Of a DNA stretch of 64,000 nucleotides, positions 10,946 to 23,210 are shown piece after piece; positions within the stretch are counted from its first letter, which is position 1; each line of letters starts with the position of its first letter. The notes beneath the pieces were generated by a model, which worked only from the letters and a program-made list of their open reading frames with translations, did not search any database and was not told the origin of the DNA. Both the position numbers and the translations under genes were made by a program. Source of the DNA: Camelus ferus (Eukaryota). The stretch lies in the NCBI RefSeq assembly GCF_009834535.1, contig NC_045700.1, positions 69,874,001-69,938,000 on the forward strand. The letters run 5' to 3'.

Positions 10946-11788
10946 TTGCACATCTGCCTCTTGCATAAAGCAATGATGCTCTGAACCTTTTTATCCTGGT
11001 AGAATATAAATGGCTCCTTGGTCCCTAGGTTTTCTGTCAGACTTGCCCTTTGCCCTTTGATCCCCCCATTGTCTCAGGCTGCTCACTAGGGACCCCTCCC
11101 CCTCATGCAGGGCTCCCCAGATCCCTCAGAGCTCCTAAGAATATCTTAAGCTCTGCCGCATTCCAAGGGGTGGTGTCACCACTGCAACGTAACCTCTTTC
11201 ACACTGGTTCTGCCGCCCATCCCAGAATGGAAGCAAAAGAAGGACTTACACAGGGGCCTCAATCAGTCCCTCAAGGGCAAGCGATCTGACCCCTTTCCCA
11301 CAACTGAGCCTGATCTGGAGAGTAAAGAAATCATCATGTCACATCATGTTATCAACTTAGAACAAGTCTCTCCTGATCAGATGCAAATGATGGCTACCAA
11401 AATTAAGCTTTTAAGAAAGAGACTAATAGCTAACCTTTAGTGAGCACTTACTCTGTGCCAGGCACTCTTACAAACGCATTACATGTATTAACTCCTTTAT
11501 GTCACAACCANNNNNNNNNNNNNNNNNNNNNNNNNNNNNNNNNNNNNNNNNNNNNNNNNNNNNNNNNNNNNNNNNNNNNNNNNNNNNNNNNNNNNNNNNN
11601 NNNNNNNNNNNNNNNNNNNNNNNNNNNNNNNNNNNNNNNNNNNNNNNNNTAATAGATGCTCTTGATCACTGTGATGCTGCGTCAGCAGTGCCCTCCAATC
11701 CTTCCACCCCCCATTGTTTTCAAGGTAATAGATTAAATTGAGTCACTGCCAAATTCAGAGAAATAAATCCTCAAAGCAAGGCCCAGGA

Positions 11789-11947
11789 CAGTGGTTCTCA
11801 AAGTGTGGTCCCTGGACCACTAGCCTCAGAATCACTGAGGAACTTAATCAAATTGCAAATTCTGTGACCTCAGAACGTGTAGTCTAGACACATTTCTTTT
11901 ATCAAGCCTTCCAGGTGGTTCTGATGCACACTGAGGTTTGAGAACTG
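11789..11947. mobile_element. MER5A DNA transposon
   Basis: Terminal inverted repeats cagtggttctcaaa ... tttgagaactg and typical body gtgtggtccctggacc...ccaggtggttctgatgcacac. Confidence 0.88.
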
Positions 11948-13039
11948 TTGTCCTAGGAAATAAGAATTGAAACAAGAATAGAAATTCTTTCCTTGGACTT
12001 TGGGGGTGGGAAAGAGAGGAGGAAGGAAAGGTTTTATATTTAAAACAAGAGCAATTTCCCAAACTCTCTTTGATTTAGAGGTTGCTGATTTGACCTGTCT
12101 TGTGAAAACTTGCATGCTGTATTCTCACCAAGTCCAAGACTCATGGTATTCTCATTGGACGTGGCCTCATTGCTTATAATTAACCCTGTAGATCACTACT
12201 TAATTCAGAGTAGGAAAAAAATCCTGACAATTAGCCATAAGATCTAGGAGAGGAAAACTGATCCTTAAATAGTTAAAAAAAAATTCCTTGGCACTCTCTC
12301 CTTTTTTTTCCTTCAAAGATTTGAAATCCTTTTTTAAACATTAGCATTTATCATTCAGGACAAGCAAATGCCTTCTTTAATTTTCTGCAGTGATATTTCA
12401 CTGTGTTAAAGATGGAATAACCTTTATGGAACTCAGCCGCGGCCTGTCCCTCTGTCGGGAGACAGGAAATCTATTCTGACTGACTTGGCCATTGCTTACA
12501 TTTGGCCGTGTTCTGTGCTCCACTGCACTTGGCTAAGACCTTGGAGCCTCATCAGTGTTCACAATTTAGATATGTGATTTACGATATTGAAGATCTGAAG
12601 ACTGGAATGCATTTCCCTGGCTACTGTCATTCAGCTTTGAAAATGGAGGTGGCAGGACACTTATGTTAGCAGAAACCTTGCTGAAAAGTTTGACTGAACA
12701 CAGGGATCAAGCTACCATAATATTTTATTGTCTGATATCCAGAAGCAGTGAAATCTTTTAAAATGAGTATAAAAATTAATTGTTTTTGGAATGTTAATTG
12801 AAAGAAATAATTAAAGATATAAACAGAAAAAGATCAAATTAGGGTGAAATCCCAAATCCATGACTTTGCACATTTATCTCTCCAGTGAGTTCTACGGTCT
12901 CTCTCTCATCCTTTGGGGGTCCAGATGGGACAGGAAGAATCATGGTGTCATTTCACAGACTGGTAAACTGTGACCATGAGAGGGCAGATACTTATCCATT
13001 GTGATATCCAGGTTGAAGTTAATATTCATTAAAGGGCAA

Positions 13040-13170
13040 TGGTACATGAATTACTTCATTTATTCTTCATGCGACCTTATGAGGGGAGTACTGTTTGCAG
13101 CCTCAGCTGAGGACACTCAGGCTGACCATGGAGAGGGTAAGGCAGAGGTAGTCCAACTCCAGAGCCCAGG
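13040..13170 (-). mobile_element. MIR fragment
   Basis: atttattcttcatgcgaccttatgagggg...ctgaggacactcaggct...gcagaggtagtccaactccag. Confidence 0.55.
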
Positions 13171-14449
13171 CTCTCTACTCTTGCTTGCATCTGCTGCTGC
13201 TAGCCTATATGGAACACCTTATGTCACTTAAAGAAAGGTGCCCCAGTAGAAGGGCCAAGTAGGAAAAGGAGCCTCCTGTGGGTGGATGCGCCCAGTGCTG
13301 GGGAACATGGCTCAGAGAGCAGAGCACAGGCTGGATTTCAGCCTTCACTGGCTCCCTCTGCTGGACGCCTTTGTATGGCAAACAACAAGCGCAGTCTGGG
13401 TTGGCAGGCCCTGCATCCAGTCCTTGAAATGCAAGAGTCTCTCACACATCTGTTTCCACTCCTGCATAAGAAGCAGTGAGATAAAGACCAGCTCTGCTAC
13501 CTGGGCCAAGCTGACTGCAGCATGTGGCATGCCCAGGTGCCCCCAGAGAAGAGCTTAGAGTCTACTTCAGGGTATCAGAATATGAACCATGCCAAAAAGC
13601 CCAGTTCCGGGGCCAGTGTTTCCTAGAGCCATCATCATTATCAAATGCAGCATCATTTTTGGAGGAAGCTACACTCAAGCAGCACTGACTACCCAGAGCT
13701 GTGAGTGATAGGGGTTGGGTCTCTAAAGATGCTCGTCCCCCCTCTGTTGGAATGCTATCCCATGAGGCAGGGAACCTCAGCTCGCTCACCTGCATGTCCA
13801 AGGCCCTGTGAAAGCAGAAAAAAACAGAGGTAGAGGTGCCCAGGGACCTTTTTGTAATGCCCCCCAAAAGCTCCTCTCTCCTCCATCAATCTGCAGCTGT
13901 TGGCAGGAAAGAAATCTTTCAATAAATCCAAGGACATAAAAGCATGTTATTATCAGTTGGCTTGTGATGCATTAAGAGCACATCCAGAGTCTGTATTCTG
14001 ACTTTCAACCCATGACCTGAGAGGAAATGGAAAGGCCATTCCCCATCAACATCTTTGAAAAGTGCAAAGTTCATCCCACAATTACGGCGATCAGATTTTA
14101 AAACCCATCCCAGCTGTCTCTACCTTGAGCATCCAGATGATTTTCTGTTAGGGGTCCTCCTGCTTCTTCATGATAGTCCAGTTCATCTCCACTTTCCTAT
14201 TAGGTTAACAACAACAAAAAGCATATAAGACAAAATAAATGCAAGCACTCCCAGGGTCCATGCCCTTTGGTAAAAGGGAATCCAGTTTTCTTGGTTGTCT
14301 CTTCTTTTTTGGCAACTTATTTTAACTTAAGCATCCAAGAAGCCTGCTGGCTAGTGTGAAAGGCCTGAAGAGCCAGGAGGGCTTAGCAGTGGCCTGAGCA
14401 CTGTTAGGTCCTCCTCTTGTGGGAGGCTGGTCCCATCCATCTGAGCAGC

Positions 14450-14720
14450 GCTCCATGCCTGATGTGCACAGGGAGACGAATGTCACAGGCCAAGGCCAGC
14501 TGGCGGGAGGCAGCAGGTAGCTCCAGGGACTTGAGGGAGATCCAGGGCAACCCTCATAGAGATGGAGAGAAGTGAGAAGAGTAGGGAGGAGTCAGACCTT
14601 CAGGGCTTTGGACATAGGTTAAGGATTTTGGTCTTTCCTTAAAAACAAATGGAAGGCACTGAGGATTTAAAGCAGGGTGCAAAAGGATCAGCTTGGCCTT
14701 TTGCACAGTTTCCAGGATTA
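14450..14720 (-). mobile_element. L2 fragment
   Basis: cagaccttcagggctttggacataggttaaggattttggtctttccttaaaaacaaatggaaggcactgaggatttaaagcagg. Confidence 0.7.
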
Positions 14721-14817
14721 CCATGGATTGGGTTTCTTATCACATGGAATCCCCTCTTCCTTCTTTCTCTGAGTCACACCAGCTGCCTGCAACCCCACTG
14801 CCCAGAAATCTCCATAA

Positions 14818-14981
14818 CAATGGTCCTCAACCCTGGCTGCACTTCAGAATTATTTGTGAAGCTTTAAAAAATATTGATCCCCAGGACTGAACCCCAAATG
14901 TTAAAATCAGACTTTCTGGAAGTGGGGCATTTTTAAGGCTTCTTGAGTGACTCCAATATGCAGCCAGAACTGAGAATCATG
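14818..14981. mobile_element. MER5A/B-like DNA transposon
   Basis: caatggtcctcaaccctggctgcacttcagaatta...gtgactccaatatgcagccagaactgagaatc. Confidence 0.8.
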
Positions 14982-15829
14982 GATCTTCTCTAGACGGTTG
15001 GAAGAGCAGCTCTTCAGTAGCCAAGGACACGTGGCAGTAGAGTCAGTGACCCAAATAAAGCCCTGGAGTCCAATGAGGCCAGCTCTTGGCCTTTGTCACC
15101 TGGATCTCTGATTAATCCACAGCTTCAATTCAGCAGTAGAGAAGGAATCTGAGGGCCCTAGAAGCCTCTCCTGGGACTAAAGTTCCTCACCCTTTAGTGA
15201 CAATCAATTTTCCACTTTATTATCAAATACCCAAGCTGTTTTGGGAAGAGACAATTATCTGCTAATGTGTTTGAAATTCTCTGCTCCCTTGATGGCTTTT
15301 TACCCTGCTTGTTTCTCACTTGTTAGCTTAGGGTTTGTAGCTGATGAGATATTCTGATGTAAAAAAAGGCTAAAGCAGGTAAGTATTTTCTTTCTTCTGA
15401 ATTTCTCCTTTTGGAGACAAAGCAGATTTGTTCTGATGCTGTAAAAAAAAATCATCCTTGAATAAATGGAAAGGTTTAAAAAAAATGATTGCAGGATAAA
15501 TGGCCTCAGTCTAGTAAACTGCTAAATTAGAACACTAGAAAAGAGATACATTTTAAAAAATCCTGTTTATAAATCCTTTTAGTCTAACAGGAAATTGGAT
15601 TAAAAGGGAGAAACAAGTTTCCTCCTTTGGAAGAATTTCAAAGCCCAGAAAAATAAACCTTCAGCCTTAACAACAAGCAGCTAGAAGCCTTCAAGGGCAA
15701 GAAATATTCTCATTTTGCAGATAGGGAGACAAAGGCAGAAAGAGGGAGGAATTTGGAAAGAATCTTCTGATGAGTCCCTGTAAGAAATAAACTTAATTTG
15801 AAATTTTGCCTATTGCTTAGAAAAGTGTC

Positions 15830-16600
15830 AAAAAACTATCATTTTTTACATATATGAACACACATATGAAAAGACTTACACCTAAAATCATTCATTACAA
15901 CGAATTGGAAACAACCTACATGTACCATCAATTGGGGGCGGTTTAAATAAAGTATGGTAATTCATACAGTGAATAGTATGCAACCATTAAGAAGCATCTC
16001 TTTACTCACACAGAAAACAAACTGTGGTTATGGGAGGAGGGGGAGGGGTAGATTAGGAGTTCAGGATAAAGATACACATTACTATGTATGAAACAGATAA
16101 ACACCAAGAACTTGCTGTATAGCACAGGGAACTATATTCAGTTTCTTGTAATGAGCTGTAGTGGAAAAGAATCTGAATGTATATATATGTATGTATATGT
16201 GTAACTGAATCGCTTTGCTATACACCTGAAACTAACATTGTAAATCGACTACACTTCAATAAAAAAATAAGAATTAAAAAAAGCATCTCTTTAGATGATA
16301 GAACTCCAAGATACATTAAGTAAAAAAAAAATACTGTGAGCAATGTGTATAATGTGTTAAACTGTGTATAAAAAAAATCTCTCTGTATTGGCCTATATGT
16401 ACCCGCTACAACTCAGGAAGGCTACCCAGGAAACCAGCAACAGTGGTGTCCAAGGGGGAGGGAATCCAGCTAGGAGACATACCCTCTTATACTTAACCAA
16501 TGTTAAACCTCCTGAATATATTTTGGATTCAAAATTTGAATTAAAAAAACTGAAACTAAATAAAATGCTGTCTGTCACTTTTAACATAAGTTGCAATGGC
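15830..16600 (+). mobile_element. Old L1 (L1ME-like) 3' fragment hosting a younger L1
   Basis: acaacgaattggaaacaacctacatgtaccatcaattggg...ggtaattcatacagtgaatagtatgcaaccattaag, resuming after the insertion. Confidence 0.6.
16004..16280 (+). mobile_element. 5'-truncated younger L1 3' end with TSD
   Basis: Same family as 138-815. A-rich tail, flanked by direct repeat aagcatctcttt at 15992-16003 and 16281-16292. Confidence 0.88.
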
Positions 16601-16699
16601 AATGACTGAAACACAGGTGATAATACTTGGTGATTGAACAGAACAAACTGAAGGATTGGAAATTCAAATCCCAGCTCTGTTATTCTGGCCAAGTCATTT

Positions 16700-17335
16700 G
16701 CTCTTCATCTGTTCATTCAGCTTATGAATATTTACTGTGTCTGTTGTGTGCCAGGTATTGTGCTGGGCACTGGGGGCACGAGGCTGAAAGATCTATTTGT
16801 AAGAAGCTCACTGACTTGTAGAGAAATGACAAGAAAGCTCACTGTTGCAATGCAGTGTGAGAAATGTTGTGACAGGCTATGACAGATTTCTGCAGGACCT
16901 CATGGGAGGTGAAGCTAAATTAGGCTGGGAAGGTTTGTTTACCAGTGGACATGGTGCTGAGTCTTGCAGGGAAGGGGAGGCAGGGCAGTTCCCGCAGAGG
17001 AAGTAGCATGTGCTGGTTGGGGGATAGTCTGGCATGGTTGCAGTGAGGGACAGTGTGAATCAGACATGGGCCAGATCTTGCATCTTGCAGTCTGGAGTTA
17101 AAAAAAAATTCATTTGTTGTATTTTTCTCTTTATAAAAGAAATACATCTTTGATGCCAGGATTTAACTGGAAGGCCAATGGGGACGTGGTAAAGAATTTC
17201 AAGCAAACCAGTGGTATGACTGAGCTGTATTTAGAAAGAGCACTGGCAATGGTGTGGTATTATAGGGCTGGGGAGGGGTAGGGTGGCTGGGGCCAGTAAC
17301 AAACACTTTGTAAACACAAACTGCAGCACTAAAAC
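16700..17335 (-). mobile_element. L2 fragment
   Basis: ttcattcagcttatgaatatttactgtgtctgttgtgtgccaggtattgtgctgggcactggggg ... aaggccaatggggacgtggtaaagaatttcaagca. Confidence 0.8.
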
Positions 17336-18826
17336 CAGACATGAGAGACAGTGGCCTGAGCAGTTGGGGTGCAGATCCTGGAGTCAGACTGCCTATACTG
17401 AAGCCCTGACTCCTTCACTTTATGCCTTAAAAATCATGCAAGGTACTTAACCTCTGAGCCTCAGTTTCTTCAACTGACAGGGGCTGGGTCAAGTGGCCTG
17501 AAGTTCTCATCTGTCCTTGGAGAACCCTCCACCATTTCTGCCCTTCACCCTCATGCATAGTCCCCGATCTAAGCCTGGTACCTCTTGGCCCACAGCAGGC
17601 TTTTGTAAGGAACTGCCAGGAGGAGCAGGGAGCAGGGGATACAGGAGCCACAGGTGGGGCTTCCGTCAGCCCCGTGCTGCAGGACCTATCATTGAACCTC
17701 AGCTTCTCCATCTGTGAAATGGGAGTAATGATACATTTTGTACGGAGTTCTTGAAAGGCTTAATTAGGAAAATAAATTCAGAAATTCTGTGTAACGTATC
17801 ATGTAACATTTGCATCTAAATGACTATTTTTGATGTCTCCTTAGTGATGGAAGGAAATCACTATCTCATTTCTGAGTTTCAACTTCAAGGTCATACAACT
17901 TTTCTTGTGTATTAATAAGGTCCCACACTTATTCTTTAATAGAGAAAACTGACTTACGAAAATCATAAGGTATCTTGTGTTGTTAAGATTAAAATATATT
18001 ATTATTTTATTAAGTGTCAGCTCCTCTCCCGGGTTCTGAAGCCAGAACAAAGATGTACAATTAAATTCTTCTCAGGAATGGAAGAGATAGACCTCATCAA
18101 TATCAGGTATTGTGGGTTTGATGGCTTTGAATCCTAGTTCACCCTGCTGGCAGGCACGTCACCATTTGTCATCTCATCTGGCCCATCCTCAGTTTCCTCA
18201 TCTGCACAGTGGGAAACTTCACACTTAACAGGAAGGGGGTTGGGAAAATTAAACAAGGATTTATATGTGAGAGGCCTGGCCCTCAGCAGGGATCAATGAA
18301 TGTTTCTTCCTTTCTCCTTCATAAATAGAATACTTTATAGATGTGAACAGTCTTTGAAGATTATTATTTCGTGTAATTTTCACCTTACTGTTGACAGGCA
18401 GGTATGGAGGTCCCAGCATCATTATCTCCTTTTTACTAAAAAGGAAGCCAAGTCCTGGAAGCATTACAAGGTCACTCAAAGTTAGAGAAAACCCAGAGCT
18501 TCCCAACTACTGGTCAGATACTTTAATATTGGTAATAGTCCACTTAATCCGGGGCTTCTTTCTTTGGTAACTGTAACAGACTCAATGCCCTGAATATTTT
18601 TCCTGGCAAAAGTATCATTCAAGTGTCCTGGAATCATTGCATCTCGAAACTGGCTTGTGATTCCTCTACAACTCTCCTGCCAGTGGTCANNNNNNNNNNN
18701 NNNNNNNNNNNNNNNNNNNNNNNNNNNNNNNNNNNNNNNNNNNNNNNNNNNNNNNNNNNNNNNNNNNNNNNNNNNNNNNNNNNNNNNNNNNNNNNNNNNN
18801 NNNNNNNNNNNNNNNNNNNNNNNNNN

Positions 18827-19812
18827 TTAACTTCTAGAATATATGAATAGTTAATACAATTCAATAACAAAAAACTCCCCAAACCAAAAAACAAACAACC
18901 CAATCAAAAAATGGGCAGAAGACCTAAATAGGCATTTCTCCAATGAAGACATCCAGATGGCCAATAGACACACGAAAAGATGCTCACTATCACTATCAGA
19001 GAAATGCAAATCGAAACTACAATGAGCTTTCACCTCACACCAGTCAGAATGGCCATCATTCAAAACTCCACAAATGATAAGTACCGGAGAGGGTGTGGAG
19101 AATAGGGAACACTTCTACACTGTTGGTGGGAATGTAAATTGGTGCAGCCACTATGAAGAACAGAATGGAGATTCCTTAAAAAACAGAAAATAGTTACCCT
19201 ATGATACAGCAATCCCACTCCTCGGCATATATCCAGAGAAAACTCCAATTGGAAAAGATACATGCACCCCAGTGTTCATAGCAGCATTATTTACAATAGC
19301 CAATACATGGAGGCAACTTAAATGTCCATCGACAGATGACTGGATAAAGAAGATACAACGGAATATTACTCAGCCATAAAAAAGAATGAAATAATGCCAT
19401 TTGCAGCAACATGGGTGGACCTAGAGATTATAATACCAAATGAAGTAAGTCAGACAGAGAAAGACAAATATCATATGATATCACTTATATGTAGGATCTA
19501 AAAGAAATGACACAAATGAACTTATTTACAAAACAGAAAAAGACTCACAGACATAGAAAACAAACTTATGGTTACCAAAGGGAAAGAGGGTGGGGAGGGA
19601 TAAATTAGGAGTTTGGGATTAGCAGATACAAACTACTATATATAAAATAGATAAGCAACAAGGATTTATTGTATAGCACAGGGAATTATATCCATTATCT
19701 TGAAATAACCTATAATGAAAAAGAATATATATATATATATATATATAAAACTGAATCACTATGCTGTTCACCACACAACATTGTAAATCAACTATACTTC
19801 AATTAAAAAAAA
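18827..19812 (+). mobile_element. LINE-1 3' ~1 kb (ORF2 C-terminus remnant, 3' UTR, tail); 5' end hidden by N run
   Basis: aatcaaaaaatgggcagaagacctaaataggcatttctcc... The minus-strand ORF 18851-19063 ([36 protein letters not shown]) is the familiar antisense reading of L1 ORF2. Internal (TA)n at ~19727-19746. Confidence 0.95.
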
Positions 19813-20529
19813 CAAACAGATTTCAATGAGTCTAGGCACCAAAACTTGCCTCCTGTGGGGCCTACTCCATCTTTGGACACGTCTTGAGCGAAACATTTTT
19901 TCCCTGTTACTTCCACTCACTGAAATCCATGCTGTCTCTCCCACACACAACCACAGGATTCAGTGGCAGTGACAGCCAACCTCTGCTTGGTGGGATGTGC
20001 GCACCTGCCTGCATAAGTAAAACTCAGGACTAGCCCTGAACTGAGGGCAGTGGGGAAGGACTGTTCAAAGTACTTGATTTCAGGCAGGTTCCCCTGCCCT
20101 CTTTGAGGGCACCAAGTGATAACTGCCTGTGTGATGACTGTGAGGTGGAAGCTTATTTCTCATTCTTCACATCTTCTGGGCATAACACACATACCCTTTG
20201 ATGTCAATGTTGAGTACACGCATATTCAATTCTGTATCTGGCATTAATTGGCATGATTGCTATTTTCTTCCCCACTACCACGACCTAACCCTGATAATTT
20301 ATTAAAGTTCCTGGGAAAAAAAATCAAATCTCTATCCTAATTTATTCATCAATTACCATTTCTTTTTCAAAAACGGATTTTTAAAAAAACACGGTTCAAT
20401 ATTTATGTGAACCCAGATGTACTCTGGATCACTCATTTTTCCCCAAATCGAAGCCTGATTACAGGTTAGCTAATAGTGCTATAAAGAGGTTCTTAAACTG
20501 GAGGAGGATTCCATGTGTAATAACAGAAA

Positions 20530-20730
20530 TGAATGAGTCTCTCCCATAGCAACCTGGGCCTGCCTCTGCTACAATACTGTGCTGATATTATCGGCTTCTG
20601 TGTTTATCTTCCTCTTAGATTATAGGCTCCTTGGAAGGCCAGGGGTGGAGATGACTCATCTCTGCATTCTCAGTGCCTAGCACGGTGTCTGATGCACAGT
20701 GGGTGCTCCACATATGCTGTCTAAAGGGAA
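20530..20730 (+). mobile_element. L2 3' fragment
   Basis: ttagattataggctccttggaaggccagggg...tctcagtgcctagcacggtgtctgatgcacagtgggtgctc. Confidence 0.75.
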
Positions 20731-20899
20731 GGGCAGAGTCCTGTAGGGTCAGAAGATCTTCCTACAGCAGACTGGATGAGTGCTCAGGGATGGAATTTTC
20801 TAGGAGCTGTGCTGGATGCTTAGCTAACCTGGCAGGCAGAGCCTCTGACTGGATAGGACTCAGCTGGAGTCTGCAGGGAAGCTTTATAGCAGATGGTTG

Positions 20900-21118
20900 A
20901 AAACATGGGCTCTGGAGCTGGGCGGCCTGACTTAGAATCTTGTTTCTGCCATATGCCAACTGTATGACATTCAGGAGGCTATTTTACTTCTCGATGCTTT
21001 ATTTTTCTCATCTGTAAAATGGGTAATGTTACCTACTTCTTAGGTTAGTTTTGTGAGTTAAATCAGTTCTTGAATGTAAAACTTAGAGCCTGGCACAGAG
21101 TAAGTGTTCAGTAATGTT
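20900..21118 (+). mobile_element. MIR SINE
   Basis: catgggctctggagctggg...tttttctcatctgtaaaatgggtaat...cctggcacagagtaagtgttcagtaatgttag. Confidence 0.85.
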
Positions 21119-21577
21119 AGCAATTGTGATTATTTATATCTCTTTCCGTTTCCCTTTTCAATATTTTTATTTCCTATCCTCATCCCCTGAAATGTACAAT
21201 GCTTCCTACACGCACCAAGTAAAAATGAATGAGCTGTCCTGTGACCAGGCAGGAAATGCACAAATGAAACATGTAGACTCACTTGGATGGCCTGTGTGCC
21301 CTTCTTGGTTTGAACTCTCCATCCTTTACTGTACAAGCCTGAGATTTGTGTCTTTCCATAAGGCAATCCCTAAGAATCCAGGAGCTACCATGTCAACAAG
21401 AAGGTTTATTTAGGGAGAGCTGGTAACACTGAACATCTGCAAGAAAAGATGGGGTCTTTGGAGCAAGGACTGGTCTGGGAGTCAGAAAGCCGAGTGTGTC
21501 CCTGTGAGTCTCATGAAGAAGCAGGCCGAGTTACAAAGTCTTGAAAAGAGTGGACTGGAAAGTGGGCTTTAGTGATG

Positions 21578-21815
21578 ACAAAGCAAGTCTTGGCATGGAA
21601 GGATCTCAGATCCCTCACACTGCCCCAGAGCACAACATCCCAGGCCTTTGATAAGAAGAGACAAGGAAAGGCAGAAACAGAGAACAGACCAAACACTCGT
21701 GGGGCTCATGATGGTGGCATTAGCCAGTGCTGTAGACTTGCAGGGACTTCCAAGCTCATGTGGGTCACCCTCCTAACCTCAGCTGATCCGGAGTTCTTAG
21801 GTTACATCCCAGTCC
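21578..21815 (+). repeat. Inverted repeat, left arm (238 bp)
   Basis: Compared base by base with the reverse complement of 22973-23210: 235/238 identical, no indels. Confidence 0.98.
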
Positions 21816-21899
21816 TTCTATAATATGGTGCCAAAATTGCTGAACAAAAACATATAACACTAAAGCATTGTGGACACTAAATACACACAAAAAATTTAC

Positions 21900-22110
21900 T
21901 GTAAAATTCCTCACTTGCAGCTTCTGGAGGCTCCATAAATATGTTCTTATCTCATTTCCATAGCAATTATCAACCTAATATACTCTACGTGTTGCCTGGA
22001 GCAGGACAAGGATCTCAGTCTGTTTTGTGTGCTGACGTATCTCAGATGTCCAGAAAGTGCCAGACACAGAGCAGTTACTAGGTGCTCATCAGGGGTTGAG
22101 TGAATGGTGA
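21900..22110 (+). mobile_element. L2 3' fragment inside the inverted-repeat spacer
   Basis: gcaggacaaggatctcagtctgttttgtgtgctgacgtatctcagatgtccagaaagtgccagacacag...gttgagtgaatgg. Confidence 0.6.
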
Positions 22111-22220
22111 TGATGATGGTATCTCATCCCAGGAAGTACAAACCATAATTCTTCAAGCCCTAAGGGAAGAACTAAACTGTTGTCAAGGGGTAAGAAAAAG
22201 GATCGTTTCAGTAATATAAG

Positions 22221-22593
22221 TGTTTTAGGATGAATTGTGTTCCTCCAAAAGTCATATGAAGTCCACCCTCAGTACCCCAGAATGTGACTGTTATTTGGAT
22301 CTAGGCTTTTTAANNNNNNNNNNNNNNNNNNNNNNNNNNNNNNNNNNNNNNNNNNNNNNNNNNNNNNNNNNNNNNNNNNNNNNNNNNNNNNNNNNNNNNN
22401 NNNNNNNNNNNNNNNNNNNNNNNNNNNNNNNNNNNNNNNNNNNNNNNNNTGAGAAAGGCCCCAGAAGAAATCAATTCTGCTGACACCTTGACCTTGGACT
22501 TCTAGCCTCCAGAATTGTGAGAAAATAAATTTCTGTTGTGTAAGCCACCCAGTCTGTGCTACATTGTTGTGGTGGCCCTAGCAAACTAATACA
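22221..22593 (+). mobile_element. MLT1A/B/C-type solo LTR (middle is N)
   Basis: TG start tgttttaggatgaattgtgttcctccaaaa; end ctgctgacaccttgaccttggacttctagcctccagaattgtgag...ctagcaaactaataCA. Confidence 0.9.
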
Positions 22594-22624
22594 GTGAGTA
22601 ATGAATCAAGTTAATTATTTTGAA

Positions 22625-22972
22625 CATTTGTAGCAAAAAACCCTTTTGTTTTGCTGCCCAGAATCATCCTCTCTATTCTATTTTTAATTTTTCCTTTTTG
22701 AGACACTTCTCCCCCTCCACACTCTTAGTTCCTGTGGCTCCAGGCTGGGAAAATCAGTGTATTCCATTCCCTTGCCTATGGTGATTCAATTGCCCATGGC
22801 CACGTGACCCAATTTGGGTCAGTGATCTAGAGAAGAGAAGCTGGTGGCTATCTCGGTCCCATGGGGAAAGAGTCTGTCTAAGAGGAAACAGGAAAGCAGA
22901 GCTCAGCCATGGAGAGAGACAGATTCAGGGCAAATACATGACTCTTGATCAAAGTCCCACCTTGCAGAGCTG
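22625..22972 (+). mobile_element. Old MLT1 (J/K/L-like) LTR fragment abutting the right inverted-repeat arm
   Basis: ccctccacactcttagttcctgtggctcc...ggccacgtgacccaatttgggtcagtga...cagccatggagagagacaga. Confidence 0.55.
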
Positions 22973-23210
22973 GGACTGGGATGTAACCTAAGAACTCCAG
23001 ATCAGCTGAGGTTAGGAGGGTGACCCACATGAGCTTGGAAGTCCCTGCAAGTCTACAGCACTGGCTAGTGCCACCATCATGAGCCCCACGAGTGTTTGGT
23101 CTCTTCTCTGTTTCTGCCTTTCCTTGTCTCTTCTTATCAAAGGCCTGGGATGTTGTGCTCTGGGGCAGTGTGAGGGATCTGAGATCCTTCCATGCCAAGA
23201 CTTGCTTTGT
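22973..23210 (-). repeat. Inverted repeat, right arm (238 bp)
   Basis: Reverse complement of 21578-21815 with 3 substitutions. Confidence 0.98.

Noticed and set aside
17770-18060. AT-rich segment (and similarly 58820-59090) that might be a hAT transposase remnant
   Set aside because: No terminal inverted repeat or convincing motif by eye; needs a Dfam search.
18851-19263. Minus-strand ORFs of 70 and 67 aa
   Set aside because: Antisense readings of L1 ORF2/3' sequence, a well-known annotation artefact.
21572-23198. Pair of near-identical ORFs (83 aa on +, 106 aa on -) that could suggest a duplicated gene
   Set aside because: They are translations of the inverted-repeat arms. They diverge exactly at the arm ends and have no coding hallmarks.
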